The notes: generated by a model from the letters alone, not told the origin. A stretch of DNA of 64,000 bases from an uncultured Candidatus Saccharibacteria bacterium (GCA_964425625.1 CAYRMI010000005.1:79-64078); one strand, 5' to 3'; positions 38,264 through 48,901 are shown, numbered from the stretch's first letter. Numbers and translations are program-made.

Positions 38264-39415
38264 TTAATGTTTTAAATTTTTTAATCTAAATCTAATGTTT
38301 CTCAAGATAAAAAAGACATAACCCAAATCAATTTTTCTGTTCCCAAGTTTCCAGGGACTTTTGATTATGTCATTATTTTTTTTAGTAAAGGCGATTAAAG
38401 CGTTCCCTGGGATATTTTTGTTGATATCAATTTCTTTTATTCTCTGCTTCCAGAATAGGGGAATATCTTCTAATACGATTTTTAAATCAGTACCATACTT
38501 TTTATCTTCAAAACTATATCTTTTTGCTGCAGGGTTGATATTTGTCCAACCTTCACGATATTCCTTATATCCATAAGCAATTTTGATAGTTTTATCAAAA
38601 AAACCTATTGGTATGAAAAGAGGTGGAACTTGACTTGCCACGATTTCATTTATTCCCCTAATTGTATGTGAATAGCCGTCAAAATGCGCTGCAACCTCTC
38701 GTTTTGGCATCACAATAAGTTGATTGGGGGTGAGGTGGAACTTTCGAACGTCTTCTGATCTATAGATAACGGCATCGCCCATATCTTCCGAATCAAACCA
38801 GTATGTGAAGAGTTTTTTATTTATAATTTGGATACCCGCATTTTCACCGTTCTTTTGTATATAGGAAAGAGTATCTGCATCTTCATCTATAATTGTAGTG
38901 TCTTGACCAAATAATCTCCAGAATGGATTACCGGGCCTGGTTACATTAGTAAATTCACTGAAGTGGGAATATATGATGGAAACGAAATCATTTGTCTCGC
39001 TAAACAATTTTGCTTTAGCGAGAGTGGTGTCAATAATAGATAAATCAGGCGCAATGATGGGATGGTCGTTATTGGGAGCATACCAAATCCAGTCGTCGTC
39101 CCATTCGTTAATAATTGAAAGGGATTTGCGATATTCGGTCTGGTTGGCACTGTTGGGTTGTAGAATGATAGCTTCTGGAAAAAGTGACCTGGCGTACTCT
39201 TCAAACTCGGCTATTCGACTAGTGTCAGCAAGCTTGAAGCGAATTAAGACGTGTGACCAAGGGTAGTTGGCATAGCTGGCAAGTGTGTACTTAGCTATAT
39301 CAATTTTACTTGGCATGGCGTATGAAGGAACGGTTTGACGTATCCATTTGTCACCATCAATAAAAGTCTTATTGAATGGTACATCGGTAATAAAACTGTC
39401 AAAGTACAGAATCAT
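38264..39415 (-). CDS. Hypothetical protein in glycan locus (possible GT-A fold)
   Basis: 383-aa ORF coupled to upstream gene; NDH and HFDGY motifs. Confidence 0.65.
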   Translation of the reverse strand: MILYFDSFITDVPFNKTFIDGDKWIRQTVPSYAMPSKIDIAKYTLASYANYPWSHVLIRFKLADTSRIAEFEEYARSLFPEAIILQPNSANQTEYRKSLSIINEWDDDWIWYAPNNDHPIIAPDLSIIDTTLAKAKLFSETNDFVSIIYSHFSEFTNVTRPGNPFWRLFGQDTTIIDEDADTLSYIQKNGENAGIQIINKKLFTYWFDSEDMGDAVIYRSEDVRKFHLTPNQLIVMPKREVAAHFDGYSHTIRGINEIVASQVPPLFIPIGFFDKTIKIAYGYKEYREGWTNINPAAKRYSFEDKKYGTDLKIVLEDIPLFWKQRIKEIDINKNIPGNALIAFTKKNNDIIKSPWKLGNRKIDLGYVFFILRNIRFRLKNLKH

Positions 39416-40494
39416 AGCTTAGGGTAGTTTGTTTCAAAGTACGCAAGTTCTTCCGGTGTACCGAGCACCCAGTTGTCTTTTACGTTATAAATCTTTATCT
39501 TTTTACCAGACTTTAGTAGTTCGTTGTAACATGGTGCAACGTAGTACTCGCCCTTTGATTTGTCGTTTCTCTCTACCATGTTTTCAACCGCGCAAACGAA
39601 ATCACTGCCACGTCTAAAGTAATACAATCCAGACGACGCATGGTTTGAGATAGCTTCTTTTTCTTTAGTCATATCAACATATCCAAATTCATCAAGACGG
39701 GCATAACTGTATCTGGGGTCTGTGGCATCAAAGCAAGCCAATATACCATCTGGTCTATCGCGCTCAATCATCTCAAGCATCTGTTCATTGCCTGTGGTAT
39801 AGGTATCGCAGTTATAAATAATAAGTTGATTGTAGTTGTTGATTAGTGATGAGGCGGCAAGACATCCCGTCGCCTGGCCTCTAAGTGGTGGCTGTTCAAT
39901 AGCTACCTCAATGTTCTCGCCAAATAATGTCCGCAATTTTGCAGACATTTGGTAGGTCGCTTCGTGCTCAGCTGAGATGACAAATATAAGTTGAACGTTT
40001 GGTTTACCGATTAAGAAATCAAACGACGCTACTGCCCACTCAATGAGTGCTTTGCCACGACTAGTGATGAGTGGTTTGGGGTCGGTAAAACCCGCTTTAG
40101 CGAAACGTGAACCAGCCCCGCCCATCGGAATAAGAATATTAATTTTTGTGTCGTCAAAGTCATTGGGTTGTAAATTATCCCAGCCAGTGAATGTGTGGGC
40201 CAGATCATCGAGATAGACATCAGCGTAAGGCTTTCCAAAGTAAATTTCGTCATATGGAATTTCTTGCAGAGTCAACCAGTCGAGGGTCGTTTTGCCAACT
40301 TTTGCGATAACCTGTCCTTGATTACCACCGCAGGTTTTCATGTGTCGTGCGGTTTGCAGGATGATTGTATGTCCAGCGGCTTTGAGGTCTCGGATTTTCT
40401 CAGCTGCACCGGGGTTCATCCGGACATTCGCATAAGTCTGACCTTCTTTTTTGAGTTCAGTAATGGTTCCGTCTATATCTATAATTATTCTCAT
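39412..40494 (-). CDS. HAD capsule-biosynthesis phosphatase fused to nucleotidyltransferase-like domain
   Basis: DIDGT, TAR, GKP..DVYLDD; IPMGGAGSRF...PKPL, LGTPEEL. Confidence 0.82.
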   Translation of the reverse strand: MRIIIDIDGTITELKKEGQTYANVRMNPGAAEKIRDLKAAGHTIILQTARHMKTCGGNQGQVIAKVGKTTLDWLTLQEIPYDEIYFGKPYADVYLDDLAHTFTGWDNLQPNDFDDTKINILIPMGGAGSRFAKAGFTDPKPLITSRGKALIEWAVASFDFLIGKPNVQLIFVISAEHEATYQMSAKLRTLFGENIEVAIEQPPLRGQATGCLAASSLINNYNQLIIYNCDTYTTGNEQMLEMIERDRPDGILACFDATDPRYSYARLDEFGYVDMTKEKEAISNHASSGLYYFRRGSDFVCAVENMVERNDKSKGEYYVAPCYNELLKSGKKIKIYNVKDNWVLGTPEELAYFETNYPKL

Positions 40495-42113
40495 ATATCG
40501 ATTGAATTGAGTAGGGTAATACCAGTAATGAACATTGCTTTCTGTCGTAAAGGTGCGTCGCTGTGAAGGGGAATCATAGAGATGAATAAAAGCGCTTCAA
40601 TTGCCTTTATGACCTGTGGGTCATAACCAGCACCCACAAGTGCGGTATCAAAATACGTGGCGATATTCTCGTGCTCAACTTCATGGAAAGTGTTGTAAAT
40701 AAAACCAGCTTCAGTTTCTTTGACTTCGAAGAGGTCGCTCACAATAAAATCGTAGCGTCCAGAAAAACTATGTCGGAGCTTCGCAATATCGTAATGATGA
40801 TCACCATAGATAGATGGTTCACCAAAGCTTCCGCGTGGGTCAATAAACTTAAAAATCCGACTATGAGGATCAAAGAGAATATTTGCTGGGTGTAGGTCGC
40901 CGTGGAGGAATGTCATCGCGGAGTTTTGATAAAGGTACTGTACAAGAGAAGACAGCTTTTGGGCGTAGGTGGGCCATCCTTGGTAGACCTGACCATTGAT
41001 GGTGATAGTTTGAGACTCGAAGCGTTCCTTCCAGGCCGGGTCTGCCGTTAGAGTTTCAATTCTTTTAAGTGTTTTGATGCGGTATATATCGTCATAGAAG
41101 GCGAAAGGTAATTCGGTAGTGTATTTTGTAAACAGAGCCAGAATCTCAAAGAGACGATCAATAATGAGTTGCCAAACTTTGTCATCAAAGTGGTTGAAAA
41201 TGAAATAGTCAGCCAATGATTGATAACCATAGTACTCGAGTGAGTATGAGGCAGTTTCTTCATTGATAGAATAATCAATCAGACGCGGGGTGAATATCTT
41301 AAGTTCATGAGGGATGTTTTTGTACCAATTAATCTCATTCTCCAGCTTAGATTTTTTATGACTTGATTTAGTAATTGAGCCATAGAGGTCATTGTAGGTG
41401 ACGCTATTAAAGCTACGAATTTTAAGGAAGTCTACCTTGGCGCGATAGTAGTTTTCAATATTGCCACAGTCATACCAGCCTTCAGCTGGGATTAGCTTGA
41501 ACTGCTTTGGGTAAGCATCCAGCGTATGGTGAAGCTCGTGACGGTCGTGTGTTTGGTCGATTAAAGTAGAGGTAGCCTTTAGTGCGGAATTATCAGTAAA
41601 GAAATATATACCTGCGAGGGCTTGGCCGGTCCCGGCGTATTCTTTTGGTTTATTTATGTAACACTGGGTCTTTCCATTGTCCTCAATCAGACACCACTGG
41701 GAAGCATTTTCAAACTCAGCGCTGGTGACCACAAAATCTTCAGTAAAGTCTAATGGGCCACGGTAGACAGTGTCGCCGAGGTAGATCAGTACCTGATCTA
41801 AAGAATCAACCTGATCAAGGGCCTGACTAATAGTATGTCCAAGACCCCGACTTGGGCCGGTATCCCGGATAATATTAATTTTGATTTTTGAGCCGAATTT
41901 CTTCGTTACATATTGTTCAGTGTATTGGTCTTCAGGACTGATTGCGATGATGGTGCGTGTAATACCGCGTGCTAGAAGATCCTCGAGAATATAACCGATT
42001 ACAGGCTTACCATTGATTGGTAACATAGTGTCCGGCAGATTAGTGTGGCGGAGGATTTTATTGGTGGGGCGACCGCCAGCGGGAATTATAGCGGTAATTC
42101 GAGAATTGTTCAT
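40491..42113 (-). CDS. NTP-transferase fused to APH-like sugar kinase
   Basis: IIPAGG, PINGKP; HGDLHPANIL, IDPRG, YDIAKL. Confidence 0.8.
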   Translation of the reverse strand: MNNSRITAIIPAGGRPTNKILRHTNLPDTMLPINGKPVIGYILEDLLARGITRTIIAISPEDQYTEQYVTKKFGSKIKINIIRDTGPSRGLGHTISQALDQVDSLDQVLIYLGDTVYRGPLDFTEDFVVTSAEFENASQWCLIEDNGKTQCYINKPKEYAGTGQALAGIYFFTDNSALKATSTLIDQTHDRHELHHTLDAYPKQFKLIPAEGWYDCGNIENYYRAKVDFLKIRSFNSVTYNDLYGSITKSSHKKSKLENEINWYKNIPHELKIFTPRLIDYSINEETASYSLEYYGYQSLADYFIFNHFDDKVWQLIIDRLFEILALFTKYTTELPFAFYDDIYRIKTLKRIETLTADPAWKERFESQTITINGQVYQGWPTYAQKLSSLVQYLYQNSAMTFLHGDLHPANILFDPHSRIFKFIDPRGSFGEPSIYGDHHYDIAKLRHSFSGRYDFIVSDLFEVKETEAGFIYNTFHEVEHENIATYFDTALVGAGYDPQVIKAIEALLFISMIPLHSDAPLRQKAMFITGITLLNSIDI

Positions 42114-42127
42114 AGACTTATTTTATA

Positions 42128-43459
42128 CTACGTTTTAGTTTTTCCTAGTGTTAAGAAAATTTCTCGTTCAATAAAAATAAAGGTGAAGATTAAGGCTGTA
42201 TAAGAAAGCAGTGTTGCATAGGCCGCTCCATAAATACCATAACTGGGAATAAGTAACCAGTTAAGAGTTATATTCACGATTGCACCTAGCGCGGTCAAAA
42301 AGAGGATTTTTTTGGCTTTATTTTCAGCAATTAGGTAACTCTGAATTAATGTAACTGAGATTGCTCCAACCAGAGACCAGATATAAATTTGTAAGACGGT
42401 ACTTGTTTCACTAAATTGTGTCCCAAAAATCAGGGCAACAATAAACGGAGCTAAGATGAAAATTATACTCGAGATGAGACCAGCTAAGCCGACAGAAAAA
42501 AGTCCCAGTGTCCAGAAGCGCTTAATGTATTCTTGGTGATTATGTGTGCGGGCATTAATAATGGCTGGAAATAGGGAGGCAATAAATACACCGGGAAAGA
42601 ATCCTAAAACCTCAGTTAATCTGACGGCAGCGTCATATATACCAACTGACGCAGAATCAATTATGTGCTGAATCATAACCTGATCAATTCGTCCGTAGAG
42701 GTACCCAGAGAAGCCGGCAAGTAGTAAGGGCCAGGAGTCTAATAGGAGTGATTTTAGAGTTACGTATGAGTACCTCCAAGTGAGGGGGGTGCTTTTAAAG
42801 ACGGATACATATATATAGACATTACAAACTAAATTGATGAGTGCCTCAAGAGCAATAATGGCGGCAAAGTATAAAATACCTCGGTCAAAGAAAATAACCA
42901 AAATTTTTGCTAGGGGAATGATAACAGAAATTAAAATAGTTACGTATGATGTATATTTTGCTGCTACTCTGGCTTGAAAAAGGAGCGAAAGCACACCAAA
43001 AGGCTGTAATATAAAAGTCAGAGCAATAATACCAATAAGCCAACTGAGGATAATATCGTCATTTATATACCAGGCAAAAAAGCACGTAGTTACGAAAGTA
43101 AGAGTGCCGAATAAAAGCTTTGCGGTAAAAGCAGTGCCGAGTATCTCTCGTTCTTTTTCAGGGTGGGCGATTAGATCACGATAGAGGATTTGGTCTATCC
43201 CTAATGAAGCGAAGATAGAGAATATGGCAACGAAACTTTGGGCGTAGCTGAGCTTCCCATAATTTTCTGGTCCTAGGTATCTAGCTACGATGGCAATAGT
43301 AAAAAAAGAAACAACAAAAGATACTACTTTAGCTAAAAATATCCAGCCAGTATTTTTGAAATATTTTTTAAAGCCGGTTTGGTCCCAGTTGCCAATTAAT
43401 TTTTCATAGAGCCAAGTAGGTAAAAGGGACTTAGAAATAAGATTGAGTCGCCGGTACAT
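42128..43459 (-). CDS. wzx: Wzx-type oligosaccharide flippase
   Basis: ARYLGPENYG, RIDQVMI, VGIY, LIPSYGIYGAA; multiple TMs. Confidence 0.88.
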   Translation of the reverse strand: MYRRLNLISKSLLPTWLYEKLIGNWDQTGFKKYFKNTGWIFLAKVVSFVVSFFTIAIVARYLGPENYGKLSYAQSFVAIFSIFASLGIDQILYRDLIAHPEKEREILGTAFTAKLLFGTLTFVTTCFFAWYINDDIILSWLIGIIALTFILQPFGVLSLLFQARVAAKYTSYVTILISVIIPLAKILVIFFDRGILYFAAIIALEALINLVCNVYIYVSVFKSTPLTWRYSYVTLKSLLLDSWPLLLAGFSGYLYGRIDQVMIQHIIDSASVGIYDAAVRLTEVLGFFPGVFIASLFPAIINARTHNHQEYIKRFWTLGLFSVGLAGLISSIIFILAPFIVALIFGTQFSETSTVLQIYIWSLVGAISVTLIQSYLIAENKAKKILFLTALGAIVNITLNWLLIPSYGIYGAAYATLLSYTALIFTFIFIEREIFLTLGKTKT

Positions 43460-43587
43460 GGTTATTAATCATAATACTATATACACAAAGCTTTAGTTGC
43501 TGGGCTAAGGGTTGATTTTTTTGTATATTTATGTTATAAAACTGAGGTCGAGATGCATGGTGCACTCACATATACGAGGAGCATTTG

Positions 43588-44229
43588 ATGAAAGATAGTA
43601 CAAAGCAAGGACTTGTTGCTGGCATCGACAAGTTTTTCCGGGGACACTATACGCCGGAGGGTGAAATACAGAAAGCAGACCTCCTCCTGGGGTTTGGACG
43701 AAACAACCTTGGTCTGGTGTCCACTGCCGCTAGCATCTGGAGTCGCCAGACGGTCGGGAACATCCTGTACACCGGCGGTCTTGGGAAGGATTCCGGGCCA
43801 GTGCTGAAAGGGCTCAAACTCCCCGAAGCAAGTTATTTGGGATACATGCTGTTCACTCAGTATGGTGTACCCTTAGAACATATCTTTGTGGAAGACAAGG
43901 CGACCAACGGTGGTGAAAACTGCCGGAACAGCATCGCACTGATTCGCGAGTTGGGACTGCCGGCGGCGTCAGTGGTTCTTCTGGCTTATCCGGCGAGCCT
44001 CTTCCGTTTGTATCGCATGATGGTGACCGTGGGTAGGGAACTCGGATTTGAAGCCGATTATCAACTTCTGGCGATACCTGGTCCGGAGAGTTTCGACAAT
44101 CCGAAGGATCAGGATGAAATCATTGCCGAGTTCCTTCGTCTGATTGAATGGCCGGCCAAGGGTTGGCTTGATCCTTGCGAGTTGCCATCAGATCTCGTTG
44201 AGGCGGCGCTGGCGACAAAAATGAAGTAG
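43588..44229 (+). CDS. DUF218 (YdcF-like) protein
   Basis: TGGLG, EA, EDKATNGGEN; SD GAGGAG 43576-43581; TTGATT-17-TATAAA promoter. Confidence 0.8.
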   Translation: MKDSTKQGLVAGIDKFFRGHYTPEGEIQKADLLLGFGRNNLGLVSTAASIWSRQTVGNILYTGGLGKDSGPVLKGLKLPEASYLGYMLFTQYGVPLEHIFVEDKATNGGENCRNSIALIRELGLPAASVVLLAYPASLFRLYRMMVTVGRELGFEADYQLLAIPGPESFDNPKDQDEIIAEFLRLIEWPAKGWLDPCELPSDLVEAALATKMK

Positions 44230-44322
44230 GAGTCACTAGTCCATTCCTAGATTCTGTTCCTCCCCCCCCCTGCCACGCGCAAGCCTGGCAGGTTTCTTTT
44301 TTATTATTCTGAATTAACTTAT

Positions 44323-44354
44323 TTAAGTTTGAGCTAGATACCACTCATAGGTCC
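44323..44354 (-). pseudogene. Relic of fcl 3' end (TYEWYLAQT*)
   Basis: TACCACTCATAGGTCC identical at 44339-44354 and 46267-46282. Confidence 0.7.
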
Positions 44355-44355
44355 C

Positions 44356-44532
44356 TTGCCGGCTTATCACGCTGTCTGGCACTTCTATGTCCTGCACGTG
44401 GATGAGGACTTTGAACCCTTGCTCGAGGGCACACCCTTTAACTTTCGGTGGGCAGACCTCGGCGAGTTTGTGAATTTAGTTGAGCCGGTCGCGTTTGCAC
44501 TCACGCAAGCAATCGCCAAGGGTATGCTGTAG
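44356..44532 (+). pseudogene. 5'-truncated ORF fragment followed by terminator (44563-44600)
   Basis: Open frame ...AYHAVWHFYVLHVDEDF...AKGML*, begins at the fcl-relic junction. Confidence 0.45.
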
Positions 44533-44843
44533 GGTATCCTTGATGAGAGATGGGGTCAGTCTAAAAGCCCCAGAAAAGCTCTGCTTTTCTGGGGCTTTTC
44601 AATTGAGTGGAAAAATATATGACCGGCCTTGCCGGCAGGCGGGCAGGACTTAAAACTTATTGGGAGTTTTATCTGAGAAAGATGTTATTTTTGACATCGT
44701 TTTAATATGCTTGTGGTGATAGCTGCTTCAAATTCCTCTAGTGCCTTTTCGTCTTTTAGATTGGGAAATATGATAGTAATAGAAATGCAACTTACCCCTT
44801 TGTCCACTTTTTCTGGTTTGACTGTCTCTATTTAATAATTCAC

Positions 44844-44874
44844 AATGGAAAGGAGGAAATTTCACCTTTCCATT
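44844..44874. promoter_or_regulatory. Inverted-repeat operator upstream of AbiE pair
   Basis: AATGGAAAGG-N11-CCTTTCCATT. Confidence 0.5.
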
Positions 44875-44888
44875 AAACAAATTGATAT

Positions 44889-45479
44889 ATGGCCACAGAC
44901 AACCTTATTGCCAAGTTATACGAATCTCCTAAAACCATTCTGACCGTCAAGGATATTGCTTTAATTTGGGAGGAGACCAACACGGTAAATTTGCTTTCGA
45001 AGATTAAATATTACGTCAAACAAGGGTCGTTAATACGTCTGACTCGTGGTGTTTTTGCTAAGGATAAAAATTATAATCCTAAAGAATTAGCCACTAGTTT
45101 ATATACGCCATCATACATTAGTTTTGAAACGGTCCTGCGCGAGGCGGGAGTTATTTTTCAGCACCAGGACTCGATTTTTGTAGCTGGTCCTTATGCCATT
45201 ACCAAAAAAGTTGGAACTAAGACAATTACTTTTAGAAAGCTTAAATACAGTGTACTTTACAATGCACTTGGTATTAAGGTTGAAAATAATTACAGCATAG
45301 CCACACCAGAAAGAGCCTTTCTCGATACCCTCTATTTGTCCCCAAAATTTTACTTTGATAATCTACGATCAATAAACTGGGAGCTTTGTCTTGAGTTGGT
45401 AAAGATTTACAATAACAAGCAATTAATCAAGCGACTAAAAAAATATCAGATTAAATCTTTAGAAAAATATGCTCAATAA
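44889..45479 (+). CDS. AbiEi-like type IV antitoxin
   Basis: LIRLTRGV, PSYISFETVL, IATPERAFLD. Confidence 0.85.
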   Translation: MATDNLIAKLYESPKTILTVKDIALIWEETNTVNLLSKIKYYVKQGSLIRLTRGVFAKDKNYNPKELATSLYTPSYISFETVLREAGVIFQHQDSIFVAGPYAITKKVGTKTITFRKLKYSVLYNALGIKVENNYSIATPERAFLDTLYLSPKFYFDNLRSINWELCLELVKIYNNKQLIKRLKKYQIKSLEKYAQ

Positions 45480-46182
45480 AGAAAAACACCAGCTGATTAT
45501 GGGGCAGATTCTCCGGGATATCTACTCGGATACTTCTATCTCATCCCTCATGGGATTTAAGGGTGGTACCTGCGCCTACTTCTTCTACGGTTTAACTCGA
45601 TTCTCTGTCGACTTAGACTTTGACCTTTTTTCGACAGATGAATTCACGCAGAAATTAGTATACGAGAAAATCCAAAGTATGTTAGGGAAATATGGAGAGG
45701 TTAAAGATAATTATATAAAGCGAAATACTATTTTCTTTCTGCTCTCCTATGGTAATGCTGATCACAACGTGAAAATCGAAGTGAATGTAAGAATTCTAAT
45801 AGCAGATATTAAAGGGCACTATGAGATGAGGGAATACCTAGGAATTTCTATGCTGGCTGGTAAAAAAGATTATCTTTTTGCTAGTAAGCTCGCAGCTTTG
45901 ACCACCAGAAGTGAAACAGCCATGCGTGATATTTATGATATTTGGTTTTTTGGTACAAATCATTGGGATATAAATACCGAAGTAATTCAGGTTAGAACTG
46001 GTAAAACCATTAAAGAATACCTGAATGACTGCATTCTAGTGGTGGAAAAGGTTAAAGACAATGAAATCTTGCGCGGGCTAGCTGAGTTGTTGCCCGGTGA
46101 AAAAGAAAAAGTATGGGTTAAAGAATACTTACGGAAAGAGGTTATCTTCCTGCTCAAAAATTATCAATCAGTATTAAAATAA
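45469..46182 (+). CDS. AbiEii nucleotidyltransferase toxin
   Basis: FKGGT, RFSVDLDF, KL.AL..R...RDIYD. Confidence 0.9.
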   Translation: MLNKEKHQLIMGQILRDIYSDTSISSLMGFKGGTCAYFFYGLTRFSVDLDFDLFSTDEFTQKLVYEKIQSMLGKYGEVKDNYIKRNTIFFLLSYGNADHNVKIEVNVRILIADIKGHYEMREYLGISMLAGKKDYLFASKLAALTTRSETAMRDIYDIWFFGTNHWDINTEVIQVRTGKTIKEYLNDCILVVEKVKDNEILRGLAELLPGEKEKVWVKEYLRKEVIFLLKNYQSVLK

Positions 46183-46250
46183 AACATCCGTCACGTTATC
46201 CCCGTTGCAAGCTAATGGGCATTATGGGCGGTGGGGGAGAGTTTGGGAAT

Positions 46251-47177
46251 TTATAGTTGGCTTTTGTACCACTCATAGGTCCTTGCGATACCTTCCTTAA
46301 GTCCGATTTGGTGATGGAAGCCAAGCGCGTGGAGTCTTGAGATATCGAGGAGTTTGCGGGGAGTGCCGTCCGGCTTTGTGGTGTCCCACTCTATCGTGCC
46401 AGGGTAGCCGACTACTTCTTTGATGGTCTCTGCTAGTTCTTTGATGGTGCAGTCTTCTCCAGTGCCGATGTTTACTATCTCGGCTTCATTATATGTATTC
46501 ATGAGATGAAGGCAGGCTCCGGCTAAGTCATCGACATGGAGAAATTCGCGCATCGGGGAGCCAGAGCCCCAGAGGGTGACGTTCGGAGCCTGCGATAGTT
46601 TGGCTTCATGAAAACGGCGGATGAGCGCCGGTAGGACGTGCGAGGTCTCTAGGTCGAAGTTGTCATTTTCGCCGTAAAGATTGGTCGGCATGACACTGAT
46701 GAAATTGCTACCGTATTGGCGACGATAACTTTGACACATAATGATGCCAGCAATCTTGGCTATAGCGTAGGCGTCGTTGGTGGGCTCTAAGGGGCCGGTC
46801 AGTAGGTATTCTTCTTTGATGGGTTGGGGAGCGAGCTTGGGGTAGATGCAGGAGCTACCGAGGAAGAGGAGTTTTTCTACGCCACTATGGTGAGCGGCAT
46901 CGATCATGTTGCTTTGTACCAGGAGATTTTCGCGGATGAAGTCAGCGGGGTAGGTCTGGTTGGCCATGATGCCGCCCACCTTGGCCGCTGCCAGGAAAAC
47001 GTAATCGGGTTTTTCGGTCGCAAAAAATTCTTGCACGGCCTTGGTATCGAGTAGGTCTAGCTCGGCCCTCGTGCGGGTGACTAAGTTGGTGTGGCCGGCT
47101 TCTTTGAGCGCTCGGAAAATCGCTGAGCCGACCAAGCCACGGTGTCCGGCTACATATATTTTTGCTGTTTTTTCCAT
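46251..47177 (-). CDS. fcl: GDP-L-fucose synthase
   Basis: [39 protein letters not shown]. Confidence 0.95.
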   Translation of the reverse strand: MEKTAKIYVAGHRGLVGSAIFRALKEAGHTNLVTRTRAELDLLDTKAVQEFFATEKPDYVFLAAAKVGGIMANQTYPADFIRENLLVQSNMIDAAHHSGVEKLLFLGSSCIYPKLAPQPIKEEYLLTGPLEPTNDAYAIAKIAGIIMCQSYRRQYGSNFISVMPTNLYGENDNFDLETSHVLPALIRRFHEAKLSQAPNVTLWGSGSPMREFLHVDDLAGACLHLMNTYNEAEIVNIGTGEDCTIKELAETIKEVVGYPGTIEWDTTKPDGTPRKLLDISRLHALGFHHQIGLKEGIARTYEWYKSQL

Positions 47178-47233
47178 AGGTTTTAAAACTATAACAAACT
47201 GTTACGGTTGTTGCATTAGCTTAGCTAGGCTAG

Positions 47234-48373
47234 CTACTTGGTACTGGCCGGAATAGTACAGTGGGGGAGGGTGTTGTTGGGGGTGATGGTGTGCGTGGTA
47301 GCTTCAGGGTAGAGTTTGCGGAAGGTAGTGAAAGTGGCATCCGGCTTGCCGTACTTTACCTCATAAGCATCAATTATATGGCCGTGGGTGCGCACAAAAT
47401 CTATTTCTAGTTTAGTCGAAGTACGCCAGAAATAGGTCCTAGGAGGAAGTGATTCTAGTGTGTCAATTTTAAGAAATTCGGTATAGATGAGGGACTCAAA
47501 GTTTTTTCCCAGTGCGCTATGGTTGTTGCTCTCGGGAATGGCGGTCAGGGCGTTCATAACGCCATTATCAAGGAAGTAGATTTTGTAGGCTTTCTTTAAT
47601 TCCTTGGTGTAATTTCTGGCAAACGAATATACGCGTTTGATTACAAACGCTTGTTCAAGTAGACGAATATAGTTCTCTACGGTCGCTGGCGAAACTCCAA
47701 TGGCTTTGGCTAGGCTACTGGTATTGACCGTGCTTCCGACTCTGGTGGCAAGATGGGTCACTAGGTCTTCAAAGTTTTTGGGGTTACGTAGTGCCTCAAA
47801 AGTGAATACGTCCTTGTAGAGATAGTTGGTGGCAATTCTTTTGATTTCAGCTTCTTTTTCTTCTGGTGTACTCACCGCCACCACTGCCGGATAAGTACCA
47901 AAGCGAAGAAGATTGGTAAATAATTCTGGGGTAAGAGTAAGAGTGTCAGAAATTTCAGCCAGAGAGAGCGGGTAGAGCATAAACTCATCGGCTCGCCCAG
48001 TGAGAGGTTCTCTAATTTCGTTAGCCAAGTCAAAAGAGCTGGAGCCGGTGGCGATAATTTTAATTTCCGGGTAGGTATCATGAAAGAGTTTAAGTATCTT
48101 GCCGATGTTGGAGATGGTTTGAGCTTCATCGAAAGCGACGAGGGTTCGTTCTCCGATGAGGTTTTTTAGGGGCTTGGTATCTCCCAGTTTGAAGGCTCGG
48201 CGCACATCATTTTGCTCACAGTTAAAATATGCATCAGTGTGTCCGAGGTCCTTTAGCAGGGTTTTGACGAGAGTAGTTTTACCAGCTTGGCGGGGGCCAA
48301 GAATTACAATCAAACCTTGATGGTTGATCCGTTTTAGAATTTGCTCCGCTATTCTACGTTTAAAAATAAGCAT
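47234..48373 (-). CDS. AAA_14 ATPase with DUF4143 domain
   Basis: GPRQAGKT, FDEAQ, TGSSS, LTGR, EIDF...EVK; start likely ATG 48373. Confidence 0.88.
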   Translation of the reverse strand: MLIFKRRIAEQILKRINHQGLIVILGPRQAGKTTLVKTLLKDLGHTDAYFNCEQNDVRRAFKLGDTKPLKNLIGERTLVAFDEAQTISNIGKILKLFHDTYPEIKIIATGSSSFDLANEIREPLTGRADEFMLYPLSLAEISDTLTLTPELFTNLLRFGTYPAVVAVSTPEEKEAEIKRIATNYLYKDVFTFEALRNPKNFEDLVTHLATRVGSTVNTSSLAKAIGVSPATVENYIRLLEQAFVIKRVYSFARNYTKELKKAYKIYFLDNGVMNALTAIPESNNHSALGKNFESLIYTEFLKIDTLESLPPRTYFWRTSTKLEIDFVRTHGHIIDAYEVKYGKPDATFTTFRKLYPEATTHTITPNNTLPHCTIPASTK

Positions 48374-48382
48374 ATAATTGCA

Positions 48383-48569
48383 TTTCTGATAATTTGTAAG
48401 TATATATAGTAAATTATCACAAAATCTGACAATTTGCAAGGTAAAAGGGGTAGTCTAGCTGACTTTTTCAGCTATTTAGGCTAATTTTAAAATTTTGCAC
48501 CGCTGATACAAAGCTCTATTTAAGGTTATAATCTTGTTTCTGATAATTTGTAAGTATACATAGTAAATT
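48383..48569. repeat. 33-bp direct repeat of ATPase promoter region (48383-48415, 48537-48569)
   Basis: TTTCTGATAATTTGTAAGTATAYATAGTAAATT. Confidence 0.85.
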
Positions 48570-48655
48570 GTCATTAATTAGCAGGTTTTAGTTTTTTCAG
48601 CCTTATTCAAATTAACGGTTATGATACAGGGTCGCTTTTATCGCAGTGGTGAGTT

Positions 48656-48901
48656 TTATTTTGGGTGTTTGATGATGGAAATAATAATATAGTGAGGCTC
48701 GACGACGTGAAAGTAGAAGCGGTAACCTCTGTCTATCCTGCCTTGCCATAGATTTTCAAAACTTTGGTACTTTTTTACTTTAAGTGAGGGGTGTCTAAAG
48801 TCTTCTAGTAAATAACCAAACTGTTTATCAGCTTTCTTTTTTAGAGAGTAGGGAAGTAAGCGGTATTGCTTGATGGCTCCTTCCGTAAATTTAATTCTCA
48901 T
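48656..48901 (-). CDS. RelE/ParE-family toxin
   Basis: HPSLKVKK, WQGRIDRGYRFYF; overlaps antitoxin stop. Confidence 0.8.
   Translation of the reverse strand: MRIKFTEGAIKQYRLLPYSLKKKADKQFGYLLEDFRHPSLKVKKYQSFENLWQGRIDRGYRFYFHVVEPHYIIISIIKHPK

Noticed and set aside
44259-44270. Poly-C tract as a phase-variation site
   Set aside because: Lies between a stop codon and terminator, not in a promoter or CDS.
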